Source of the DNA: a candidate division WOR-3 bacterium
Lineage (GTDB): Bacteria > Hydrothermota > Tepidihabitantia > SM23-42 > JAOAFX01
Assembly: GCA_037444665.1 (NCBI GenBank)
Contig: JBBILZ010000001.1
Location: 25,434-89,433, forward strand
Reading direction: 5' to 3'
Length of the DNA: 64,000 nt
Shown here in pieces: positions 19,671 through 28,722 of this stretch (within the stretch, counting starts at the first letter, position 1; every line of letters begins with the position of its first letter). A model generated the notes under the pieces. That model was given only the letters and a program-made list of their open reading frames with translations. It was not told the DNA's origin and ran no database searches. A program made the position numbers and the translations under genes.

Positions 19671-20975
19671 TTATGATTTTTTATAACAGAGCCTTGCCCA
19701 GTCAAATGCCTCAACAACATATTTGATAAATCTTCTCAACTCATTCTGATGTTTTCTGAATGCGGTATTAAGGATATTCTCACACAATTTTTGTTCTATT
19801 TCAAAATCTACATATGCAGTTTTGTATATACACAATAGATTATCAAAGATTATTTCAAAATCACCCCTGCTGAATTTTCTTAACAACACTTTATTTTTAA
19901 TAAATCTCGTGGTCCAATCATCTTCCGCGGGGGTTGTGGCAATTACCAGTAGAATATTTGTTTCTTTATAGGCATAGGGCGTGGGACGAACACGATTATG
20001 TAGCAGACGGTCATCAATCTTTTTCATATCTTTGTCATTCAAGGCAATACGTACCAACCCTTCAAGAAATGCCATACCCCTTTGTTGGAAATGATACTCC
20101 CAGATATGGTTCAACTCCTCAAATTCATCAATGATAATTACCAGACCACTGAGTCCAATCTGTTTTGTCAGATAACTGATACCACTGAGAATATAATTAT
20201 AAAAATCTGCAGCCGTAGAAAAATCATACAATGCCGGGATCTGCTGTCCACCCTTTATCCGATAAGGTGCTTCATGGTCTGTTGCATATTCTTTTGTAGA
20301 TTCGCCTTCTATCCATTGATAAAAGACTTCACTATATTTATCATTATCATCTTGCATATCTTTAATTTTTTTGAGGACCGGGGTTAAAAAACAATGGTCA
20401 GGCATCGGTATTTCAACTGATTGCCTCAATAAGTCACGGAATCCATATTCACAATTATCTTTGATAAATCTTAAACTATACACAAGTTCGTGATATATTT
20501 TTTTCGGCCGATACGGTGGGGTTTCCTGAATATGGAGCACACAATAGGTTGTAGCCACACCCTGTCTTAATGATAGATGCCGGAGGTATTCAGCAAGATG
20601 GGTCTTTCCTGAGCCATATTCACCCTCAATTAAAAAGACACCACCGCTCCCCTTTTTTAAATTATCCAGTGATTTCTGAAACAGGTCTATTTCATATGCC
20701 CGACCAAAGGTAAAGTGTTCAATACCCTGATATGGAACAACGCCCATTCTGAGCGCCTCAATTATCCTTCGGGACGAAATTCTGTCTAATTCTATTTCTT
20801 CAACATTCAGTTTTTTTAGCCATTTTGTCGGAAGCCAGAGGACCAATCCACTACGGAATTGGACGCGGGACTCAATATCGTTCCATCTTGTTTCAAGGAC
20901 CACGCCTTCACCAAAAATATTATGGACAACTATGTTAAAATTCTTCTTGTTCAACTTCTTCTTTTTCTTTATCAA
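19671..20975 (-). CDS. P-loop NTPase of unassigned family (paralog A)
   Basis: 434 aa. Walker A GEYGSGKTHL near residue 120 and Walker B LVIIIDEFEEL near residue 285. The ~160-aa spacing is atypical for AAA+. Its N-terminus overlaps the 3' end of paralog B by 41 nt. Confidence 0.6.
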   Translation of the reverse strand: MIKKKKKLNKKNFNIVVHNIFGEGVVLETRWNDIESRVQFRSGLVLWLPTKWLKKLNVEEIELDRISSRRIIEALRMGVVPYQGIEHFTFGRAYEIDLFQKSLDNLKKGSGGVFLIEGEYGSGKTHLAEYLRHLSLRQGVATTYCVLHIQETPPYRPKKIYHELVYSLRFIKDNCEYGFRDLLRQSVEIPMPDHCFLTPVLKKIKDMQDDNDKYSEVFYQWIEGESTKEYATDHEAPYRIKGGQQIPALYDFSTAADFYNYILSGISYLTKQIGLSGLVIIIDEFEELNHIWEYHFQQRGMAFLEGLVRIALNDKDMKKIDDRLLHNRVRPTPYAYKETNILLVIATTPAEDDWTTRFIKNKVLLRKFSRGDFEIIFDNLLCIYKTAYVDFEIEQKLCENILNTAFRKHQNELRRFIKYVVEAFDWARLCYKKS

Positions 20976-22191
20976 GGAGCTCTGCTACACGCGCCTTGAA
21001 TATTGTCATTGCTGTATTTTTGTCAATCGGTTGATTGTTCTCTCTTATCCTCTGAAATGCCTCAATTATTCCCACAACAAAAGTGCGGCGATAAAATATA
21101 TCAAGTATCTGTTTTTCAAGAACCGCTGCAATCATATTTTTTAGGGAGATTGAAAGGGTATTTGAATCAAATTCAAAATTATATGCAGATTCAAATACTT
21201 TTGCCAGCCTCTCCCCTAATTTTTGTAAAAATTCTTCTGGATTCATCTCTATCTTTTCCAGGTCAATTTTAACTCCGGTAGGATTTATCTTTGTAAAACT
21301 TGAGCGCAACCTCTGTTTCAATGCCTCATATACTCCACCTGTCCCTTCAAGCAAAAGATGTTCATCAGGGACCGCATAAAAGAATATAGCACCGGGCAAT
21401 CGGGAATTTCCACACTCGTCAATAATCTGGCGGAGATTGTCCAGGGCACGGCGTTTATCCTTTGTTGAAGAGATGCTCATACCCCTCTCTGCCTCATCAA
21501 ATAAGAAAATAATACCATTATAACCGATTATATTCACAAATTGGATAAAACTCCTTAGCATCCTGAAGGCAGTAGAGCGGTCTATCCTTTCTGCAATACG
21601 ATGTTGCAGTTTCAATTCTCTTACTATATCCTCACCCTTTAACCACTGGACTAAAGAATAAAATCTTTCCTCATCATCAGCCGCAAGGCTCTTGAGTGCT
21701 TCTTTAATACAATTTGTATAACTTGTGCTTTCAAGATTTTTTATGAGTGAAGCAAAATCTCTATCATCGCGAACACGATAATACCATTTACGAAGCAAAG
21801 CCTCTATACCTAATTCCCAGGGGCTCAGCATCTCCTGTTCTGTCAAAGGTGTGCTGATATTTGAAACAATCTTTTTATAGACCAATTCCAGCCTATCAAA
21901 TGGACATTCTGTAGCGCTCAATGATACATAACTTGTAATATAATTGTATTTCCAGGCAAGGTTTCTGATTGAATATAAAAAATGTGTCTTACCTCCACCA
22001 TAATTGCCCGTAATCAATTTAAATGTAGAGATGCTCTGCCTGCCCGGAAAATTAAAATAGTCATTTTCTAACACATTCAAATAAGGTTCAAGCCCGACTG
22101 TAAAATATTCAATGCCAAATTCAGGTGGCGTTCCAAAACCACCGAGTTTATCTATTATTCTTCTTGCAATCACTTGATTTATCCTGCTCAT
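20935..22191 (-). CDS. P-loop NTPase of unassigned family (paralog B)
   Basis: 418 aa. Walker A GNYGGGKTHF near residue 70 and Walker B IIFLFDEAERG near residue 230. Clear paralogy to A around both motifs. Confidence 0.6.
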   Translation of the reverse strand: MSRINQVIARRIIDKLGGFGTPPEFGIEYFTVGLEPYLNVLENDYFNFPGRQSISTFKLITGNYGGGKTHFLYSIRNLAWKYNYITSYVSLSATECPFDRLELVYKKIVSNISTPLTEQEMLSPWELGIEALLRKWYYRVRDDRDFASLIKNLESTSYTNCIKEALKSLAADDEERFYSLVQWLKGEDIVRELKLQHRIAERIDRSTAFRMLRSFIQFVNIIGYNGIIFLFDEAERGMSISSTKDKRRALDNLRQIIDECGNSRLPGAIFFYAVPDEHLLLEGTGGVYEALKQRLRSSFTKINPTGVKIDLEKIEMNPEEFLQKLGERLAKVFESAYNFEFDSNTLSISLKNMIAAVLEKQILDIFYRRTFVVGIIEAFQRIRENNQPIDKNTAMTIFKARVAELLDKEKEEVEQEEF

Positions 22192-22205
22192 ATCCTCTCA
22201 ACTCC

Positions 22206-22226
22206 TTACTACTTACTACCTACTAT
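22206..22226. repeat. TAC-tract repeat fragment (ttactacttactacctactat)
   Basis: Same motif as in the A, B and 57.66 kb copies. Overlaps the stop of the 22216..23097 gene and supplies the AAGGAG ribosome-binding site of NTPase B on the minus strand. Confidence 0.5.
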
Positions 22227-23097
22227 CCTTCTCTATCGCCATATATCCATAATAAGTCCCTTCACCTTCTTCATCATCAGGTATCCAGATTGCCTGTTTT
22301 TTATCTGTGGTTGCATCAAATGTTGCAACATATAGATGAATAGATTTCTGAGTGAATTCAGATTTTTTAAAAAGATACAAAAGATAAGCAAGTTCTACCC
22401 TTGAAAATTCACGATAGTTCTCTTTCCTGGGGTCAATAAAAAACTGCGGTGGTTGTTGTAAGAACACATACTCATCCAATACATCTACGAGAAGCACCTT
22501 TTCTCCATACGGTCGATTCAACAGGTTCAACCTTCTTTTGTATGCACTTTCAAGGTCAAGATAAAATTCCTTTGGGTCAAATTTTTTCTTTTTCAATTCT
22601 TCGTCAAATTTTTTTATAGTCTGATAGACTGTTTCCGGTTCAAGAGGGATTTTGGACTTTAATTTCTCAATCTGTGGTCCAAAATACAGGGCTGCCTCGC
22701 CAAATTCAAAGTTTAAAACAAGGGTATAAAAACCGACTCTTAATATTGGATACTGGCCCTTTATTATTCTGTTATCCTGTTGGAAAAGTGTTTTGAGTTT
22801 TTCACCGAATGCAAAGCGAAATTCCTCTTTTGCCTTTTCAACCTCTTTCTTTTCCTGATTGAGCCAGTCAATTAACTGGTTTTTCAAATCAAATTCTGCA
22901 AGGCTATTCGCAATTTTTAAGAGTTCAGAAACTCTTTTCTCCATAATATAGGCATTATCTACTGGACTCTCTTTTAATTTCGCATAGTCGTTTATCAATT
23001 TTGTTATTTTACCTGCTGCCTTTATCAATCCCTTGAATCCTTCTACAATCTCTTTCATTAGCAGCAATATAATAACCAAAAATATACCCGATGTCAA
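22216..23097 (-). CDS. hypothetical protein, first gene of the NTPase A/B operon
   Basis: 293 aa with no motif I recognise. A short hydrophobic N-terminus is followed by K/E-rich helical regions. Co-directional and close to NTPases B and A. Confidence 0.5.
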   Translation of the reverse strand: MTSGIFLVIILLLMKEIVEGFKGLIKAAGKITKLINDYAKLKESPVDNAYIMEKRVSELLKIANSLAEFDLKNQLIDWLNQEKKEVEKAKEEFRFAFGEKLKTLFQQDNRIIKGQYPILRVGFYTLVLNFEFGEAALYFGPQIEKLKSKIPLEPETVYQTIKKFDEELKKKKFDPKEFYLDLESAYKRRLNLLNRPYGEKVLLVDVLDEYVFLQQPPQFFIDPRKENYREFSRVELAYLLYLFKKSEFTQKSIHLYVATFDATTDKKQAIWIPDDEEGEGTYYGYMAIEKDSR

Positions 23098-23342
23098 TAA
23101 GTTTTTGGGAAAACAATCCTACTTTATCAAAGTTTTTTCAATCATTGACTTATTAAAATTTCTGGTTAAAATGGATTGCAAGGTTATTATGCAAACAAGC
23201 GAAAAGAGAACGAATAATCTATTCAACAGCAAGTTTTTTACCAAGGCAGATTGTAAAATCCAGAATCTCAGAAGAGAAAATTAAACCTTTTGAGACTATC
23301 AATGCAACACTCCTTTTTGCAGATATATCTGGATTCACGGCA

Positions 23343-25898
23343 ATGAGTGAAAAACTTGCCCGCTTAGGCAAAGAAGGGGCAGAAGAAGTAAACAAGATAA
23401 TCAACTCCTTTTTTGCTCCACTCATCAGTGTCGTGTATAAGTGGGATGGAGATATTTATCGGTTTGGTGGCGATGCTTTCTTAGCATTCTTCCCTGAAAT
23501 GCCGGCAAAAGAGTTATCAAGCAAAAGGGCACTGAAAGCGGGTATTGAGATTTCAAAATTTGTTAAAGCCCATGAAATAACAAAGACCAAAGTAGGCTCA
23601 TTCAAAATCAAAATCCATATCGGGTTGACAAAAGGCAAGATCTATTTTCAGGACCTGAAAAATAATTTCTTTCTTGGTGGCAGGATAGTAAATGATTTAA
23701 TGAAAATGATTGACCTTGCTGGTCCTGGTCAGATTGTTGTCAGCTCTGATGTTAAAAAAGAACTACCTGAAGTAAGTTTTACACCAAAAGAGGATACCTG
23801 GCAATATCTCGGAATGAAAATGAAACCGGCTAAAACACAGACAGAAATTAGTAAATTCTCCCCTAAAATATCTGATGATAAATTTACTACACTAAAAAAT
23901 TATATTCCTGATTGGTTACTTAAAAGGATTGAATTGAAACCACATTTTGACCACAAGGATGGAGAACATAGAAAGATTGCGGTCATCTTTTTGCATTTTG
24001 CCGGTATCCCCTATGATAAAAATCCTAAACAGGCGAGCGCAATGCTGGAGAGATTGTATAAAATTGTGAGCCAGTCAGTAGAAAAATACGACGGCTGGAT
24101 AAATGCAATTGATATCTATAAAGACAGCGAAAGATTTCTTGTGGTCTTTGGTTTTCCCAAAATTTATGAAGATGATGAAAAGAGGGCTGTTCTTTTTGCC
24201 TATGAAATTCTGAACCATCCTGAATTAAAACGGTTGCATTTGAGGGCAGGGATAAACTCGGGTTCAGTCTTTGCCGCACCCGTAGGCAGTGAATTGAGGC
24301 GTGAATATGCAACATTGGGTGATGCAGTAAATCTTGCAGCAAGGCTTGCTGCCAAAGCACAGAACCAAACAATTGTAGCAAGCGAACCCATATTTAATAA
24401 AACATTTGGACTCTTTGATTATGAATTTTTAGGTGAACAGGAATTTAAAGGGAAAAAGAAAAAGATTAAGACATATAAGATAATCAGAAAAAAACAGATT
24501 GAAAAGAAGGCACTGACAAGATGGCTCTCTGAAAGTGAAAAGATTGTTGGTAGAGATAAAGAAATTAAAAAGATGCAAAACCTTGTCAGTTTATGTTCTA
24601 CGGGAAAGGGACAGATTCTCGGAATTACTGGTGAGCCCGGGGTCGGAAAATCAAGACTGGTTCAGGAACTTATTAAATTTACAGAAAAGGCAGGATACTA
24701 TATTGTTAAAGGTGATTGCATTTCCTATGGCAGTGCCTTTTCATACCATCCCTGGGTAGAAATTTTAGAACAATTTTTTGATATTTCATCCAGCGATTCC
24801 TTAAAAATACGCACTAATAAAATAAAAGAGAAGTGCATCAGTGTTGATAAAAAACTTACTCAGTGGCTGCCAGTAATTGGCGAGGTTATGGGTGTTCCAT
24901 TCTTAGAAACATCACTCACAAAATACTTAGATGCCAAGATAAAAAAACAGCGTGTTTTTGATATTATCTTTGACTTCTTGAAATTTGTTGCCCGGACCAA
25001 ACCAGTAAATGTAATTATTGAAGACCTGCACTGGGCTGATACTGCTTCAATGGAACTTGTGAATTATATTGGTAGAAACATTGAGGATAAACAGATACTT
25101 TTAACACTGGTCTATCGTCCATTAAAGAAAAAAGAAGAATTTATGGAGAAGGGCTGGACAACTGAATTGAGTTTAAAAGAACTTTCAAAAGAAGAGAGTA
25201 TTGAGCTCGTTCAACTTTTACTCAATATCAAAAATATCCCTGATGACCTGAAAAAAATTATTATTGAAAAATCACAGGGGAACCCTTTTTATATTGAAGA
25301 ACTCGTAAAATCACTGATTGAGCAGGGCTATGTGATTGAAGAAAAAGGAACATGGAAATTTAAGGGTGATATAAAGAAACTTCAATTACCTGATACACTT
25401 GAGGCGGTTATCTTATCAAGGATTGACCGACTTGACCTGGAAGACCGTGATGTATTGCAGACCGCTTCAGTCCTGGGCAGGGAGTTTGATGAATTCTTGC
25501 TTGAACAAATATTCCCTGCGCCACAACTATTAAAAAAATCCCTTCATAATCTTGAGCGCCTTGATTTGATAAAACAGGAAGACAGCAAAGGAAAAAGGCA
25601 TTACTTTTTCAAACATATCCTCACCCAGGAGGTTGCATATGGTACCCTGTCTTTTGCCCGCAAACAAGAACTCCATCGCCAGACCGGCAGATTTATAGAG
25701 ACTGAACTTAAAGACCGAAAAGAAGAATTTCTGGGTCTGCTCTCTTACCACTTCTATGCGGGTGGAGATTATGATAAATCTCTGCTCTATTCAGTTGAAG
25801 CAGGTGAAAAGGCAAAAAAGGTCTATGCCAATGAAGAGGCAATAGAATTCTTCACCCGGGCAATTGATTCATACGAAAGATTGGAAGGAAAGATATAG
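23343..25898 (+). CDS. tandem class III nucleotidyl cyclase domains, STAND (AAA_16-type) ATPase and the start of a TPR region
   Basis: CHD1 carries the metal-binding Asp motifs (LLFADISGFT, GDAFLAFF), while CHD2 carries the N/R motifs (GDAVNLAARL). Walker A GITGEPGVGKSRL, then GNPFYIEEL and TASVLGREF, typical of MalT/AfsR-like ATPases. The conserved LLFADISGFT motif is encoded from about 23289, upstream of the first in-frame ATG/GTG/TTG at 23343, so the true 5' end is unresolved. Confidence 0.7.
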   Translation: MSEKLARLGKEGAEEVNKIINSFFAPLISVVYKWDGDIYRFGGDAFLAFFPEMPAKELSSKRALKAGIEISKFVKAHEITKTKVGSFKIKIHIGLTKGKIYFQDLKNNFFLGGRIVNDLMKMIDLAGPGQIVVSSDVKKELPEVSFTPKEDTWQYLGMKMKPAKTQTEISKFSPKISDDKFTTLKNYIPDWLLKRIELKPHFDHKDGEHRKIAVIFLHFAGIPYDKNPKQASAMLERLYKIVSQSVEKYDGWINAIDIYKDSERFLVVFGFPKIYEDDEKRAVLFAYEILNHPELKRLHLRAGINSGSVFAAPVGSELRREYATLGDAVNLAARLAAKAQNQTIVASEPIFNKTFGLFDYEFLGEQEFKGKKKKIKTYKIIRKKQIEKKALTRWLSESEKIVGRDKEIKKMQNLVSLCSTGKGQILGITGEPGVGKSRLVQELIKFTEKAGYYIVKGDCISYGSAFSYHPWVEILEQFFDISSSDSLKIRTNKIKEKCISVDKKLTQWLPVIGEVMGVPFLETSLTKYLDAKIKKQRVFDIIFDFLKFVARTKPVNVIIEDLHWADTASMELVNYIGRNIEDKQILLTLVYRPLKKKEEFMEKGWTTELSLKELSKEESIELVQLLLNIKNIPDDLKKIIIEKSQGNPFYIEELVKSLIEQGYVIEEKGTWKFKGDIKKLQLPDTLEAVILSRIDRLDLEDRDVLQTASVLGREFDEFLLEQIFPAPQLLKKSLHNLERLDLIKQEDSKGKRHYFFKHILTQEVAYGTLSFARKQELHRQTGRFIETELKDRKEEFLGLLSYHFYAGGDYDKSLLYSVEAGEKAKKVYANEEAIEFFTRAIDSYERLEGKI

Positions 25899-27027
25899 AT
25901 TGCGGACACAAGATTATCTGACAGAAGATAAATGTAGTTCAGTTAGACAAAGTGAACAAGTGAAAAGTATTCGCCAAAATCTATTAATAAAAGCCCTCAG
26001 AGGCAGAGCAGAGATTAATTATTTAACAGGAAAAATTGACGAAGGCATAAGAGATTATACACAGATACTCCAAGAATATGGTGAGAAGAATAGAGACGGA
26101 AATTTTTTTACAATGTTGGATACGATGATTCATATTGCTAATCTTCTGGCGGTTGGAAAGAGTGATTTTTCAGGGGCACAAACACTGATAAAAAAAGCAT
26201 TTAAAAAATTGGGCAAAAAAATGAATACCCGTACCTATGCCCGTGGTCTAAATTGTCTGGGTATAATTTTTAGGCGCCAAAGTAAATATGTTCAAGCACT
26301 AAGTCATTTCAGAAAAGCCTTACGCATATATCAGACTTTAAAAGAAAAAGAAGGTATCGCCGGTGTTTACTCTAACATTGCGCTTACCTATTTTAACAAA
26401 GGTAATCTTGATATTGCACTGAAATATTATAAAAAATGCTTCATTCTATGCCGAGATTCAAATGACCTGCCGACCATAGGAACAACCCTGGGCAATATCG
26501 GCCTTGTTTATCAGGAAAAGCGTCAATATGATAATGCTTTAAAGTACTATAAAGATTATTATGCACTGTCTCTAAAATCAGGCCATAAATTGGGTGTCAG
26601 TATTGCTTTAAGAGACATTGGCGCAATTTATGAAAAAAAATGTTTTTATGATAGGGCATTAGAATATTACAAGAAATCTCTTACTATAGCCGAAGAGATA
26701 AATGCACAAAGAGAAATCGGCATTGTTTCCGGACTCATTGGCTTCACATATAAAGAGCAGGGAGACTTTACCAATGCACTAAAATATTTGACCAGGGCGC
26801 TATCTATATTTGAAAAAATCTCTGATAAAAAACGGTTGGGTTTTGCTTTTATGCATTTAGGGATGGTCTATAGCGAACTCAAAAAATTTGAGGTAGCAAA
26901 ACAGTATCTCAATCAGGCTCAAAAAATTTTTGAAGATATCGGTGATAAAATATCTCTGTCCCGTGTTTTTACCTTGCTCTCAAAATTGGAGACCACACAG
27001 GGGAACGATAGTTACAATGAAAGATAA
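25864..27027 (+). CDS. TPR-repeat protein, paralog 1 (5' overlaps the cyclase ORF in another frame, 3' cut by an in-frame TAA)
   Basis: 387 aa of 34-residue TPR units (e.g. GNIGLVYQEKRQYDNALKYYK). The homology to paralogs 2 and 3 begins near SIRQNLLIKALRGRAE, with a possible GTG start around 25953. A TAA at 27025-27027 is followed in frame by the conserved C-terminal module. Confidence 0.55.
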   Translation: MIHTKDWKERYRLRTQDYLTEDKCSSVRQSEQVKSIRQNLLIKALRGRAEINYLTGKIDEGIRDYTQILQEYGEKNRDGNFFTMLDTMIHIANLLAVGKSDFSGAQTLIKKAFKKLGKKMNTRTYARGLNCLGIIFRRQSKYVQALSHFRKALRIYQTLKEKEGIAGVYSNIALTYFNKGNLDIALKYYKKCFILCRDSNDLPTIGTTLGNIGLVYQEKRQYDNALKYYKDYYALSLKSGHKLGVSIALRDIGAIYEKKCFYDRALEYYKKSLTIAEEINAQREIGIVSGLIGFTYKEQGDFTNALKYLTRALSIFEKISDKKRLGFAFMHLGMVYSELKKFEVAKQYLNQAQKIFEDIGDKISLSRVFTLLSKLETTQGNDSYNER

Positions 27028-27045
27028 ATATTTTTCTCAACAATC

Positions 27046-27258
27046 TTGAAGACTCGTGTGAGACTTGAATATGCAAAATCTCTTTACGAACTTGGGAAAG
27101 TATACCTAACTTGTCGTGAAACGTGGAACGTGAAAGGTAAAACGGCGAAAAAGGCGTTACAATATTTAAAAGAAGCAGAAAAGATTTTCAAAAAAGCAGG
27201 TGCTGAATTGTGGTTGAAGAAAACCAGCGACTTAATAAATCAATTACCCAATTATTAA
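27046..27258 (+). other. orphaned C-terminal module of TPR paralog 1, same frame and separated by a single in-frame stop
   Basis: The 70-aa ORF VRLEYAKSLYELGKVYL...AGAELWLKK matches the C-terminus of paralog 3 (LELAKSLYELGKVYL...AGAELWLKK). Its frame is identical to 25864..27027. Confidence 0.5.
27073..27221 (+). repeat. ~149-bp direct repeat, copy 1 (3' module of the TPR paralogs), about 85-90% identical to 29999..30148
   Basis: Aligned by eye: gcaaaatctctttacgaacttgggaaagtata...gcaggtgctgaattgtggtt. Confidence 0.7.
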
Positions 27259-28722
27259 ATGAAGGTGGATGCAAGAAGAGACCTTTTATTACGTGCATTA
27301 GAAGGAAAGGGTGCGGTTTTAATGTTGATTGGAAAATTTGATGCAGCTGCGAGCCTTTATCATCAATTGGCAAATAAGGGGCAGGATAATCCACTGATCG
27401 TAGCAAGGGCAGAAAGATCAATTGCTGATGTTTACCTGAAACAGGGCAAATACGATGAAGCTCTAAAAATTCTTGAAGGCAAAAAAGAAAATATCATCGG
27501 TGATTCAGAAAGTGGAGCAATTGAAAAGGCGTTAATTCATATATCTAAAGGTGGGGTTTACAGGTATAAAGGAGAATTAAGAAAAGCAACTAAAGAAATA
27601 AACAATGGATTAAAAATCTTATCTTTTATTCACAAAGAAACTAAGTTAAAAAAGAGATTTATTATCAAAAAAGCGCAGGCAACCGCCTTCAATAACCTGG
27701 CTTCAATTTCTCTGCTTAAAGGTAATTATAAAAAAGCAATAAAATTGTATAACAAATCATTGAAAATAATAAAAGATTTAAACGAAAAACAGGCAATTGG
27801 AACAACAAACGGTAATCTGGGCCTAATTTTTTTGGATAAAGGCGAATATTCAAAGGCAATTAATCTATTTATGAACCATATAAAAATATCAAAAATGATT
27901 GGTGATAAACGAGGCCTTAGTTTGGCAATTGGGAATTTAGGTTTGGTCTATGAAAATATGGGCAATTATAATAAGGCGATTGGGTTATTTACCAGATATC
28001 TTAAAATCGCTCAAGAGTTAGGAGATGAGCGTGGGATAGGGACTGCCTGTGGTAATTTAGGGCTGGCGTATAGAGACAAACAACAATATTCTGAAGCAAT
28101 TAAATTTCTCTTAAAAGATTTGGTCATTTCCGAAAAAATAGGCGACAGATACGGTTCCGGTATCTCTTGCTTAAATCTGGCTTTTGCTTATCTGGAAAAA
28201 GATAGTTTTAATGATGCAAAAAAATATTTATTCAGATCATTTAAAATATTTAAGAATATGGGTGATACATTTGATATGATTTATGTTAATCTGGGTTTAG
28301 CACTGTTAGGTTTATTGAAAATTAAAATGGGAACTGCGTCGCGACTTAGTATTGGGAAAACATTAAAATTTATTAAAAACGCACTAAAAACTGCAAAGGA
28401 GATGAATTCTAAAACAGCAATAGCAGATTGTTATTTTATATTTGCAAAAGCATATGTAGCCATTTCCAACTTCAAAAATGCTCAAATATATTTTAAAAAA
28501 GCCATCAAATATTTCAATAATCTGAAGTCAAAAAGGATGCTCGCTGATTCATACTTTGAATACGCAAAAATGCTAAAAAACTGGGAATCACCGAGACTTG
28601 AAGGTACCAGGAAATTTGAACAAAATTTAAAAAGGGCATTAAAGATATATAATGAATTAAGCTTGCCACAAAAAATCAAAGAAGTAAAAAAAGTAATGGA
28701 ACAAAACTTTGCTAATGATTAA
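27259..28722 (+). CDS. TPR-repeat protein, paralog 2
   Basis: 487 aa. N-terminus RRDLLLRALEGKGAVLMLIGKFDAA is homologous to paralogs 1 and 3, and the body is many TPR units. The TAAATG junction with the preceding ORF suggests coupling. Confidence 0.7.
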   Translation: MKVDARRDLLLRALEGKGAVLMLIGKFDAAASLYHQLANKGQDNPLIVARAERSIADVYLKQGKYDEALKILEGKKENIIGDSESGAIEKALIHISKGGVYRYKGELRKATKEINNGLKILSFIHKETKLKKRFIIKKAQATAFNNLASISLLKGNYKKAIKLYNKSLKIIKDLNEKQAIGTTNGNLGLIFLDKGEYSKAINLFMNHIKISKMIGDKRGLSLAIGNLGLVYENMGNYNKAIGLFTRYLKIAQELGDERGIGTACGNLGLAYRDKQQYSEAIKFLLKDLVISEKIGDRYGSGISCLNLAFAYLEKDSFNDAKKYLFRSFKIFKNMGDTFDMIYVNLGLALLGLLKIKMGTASRLSIGKTLKFIKNALKTAKEMNSKTAIADCYFIFAKAYVAISNFKNAQIYFKKAIKYFNNLKSKRMLADSYFEYAKMLKNWESPRLEGTRKFEQNLKRALKIYNELSLPQKIKEVKKVMEQNFAND

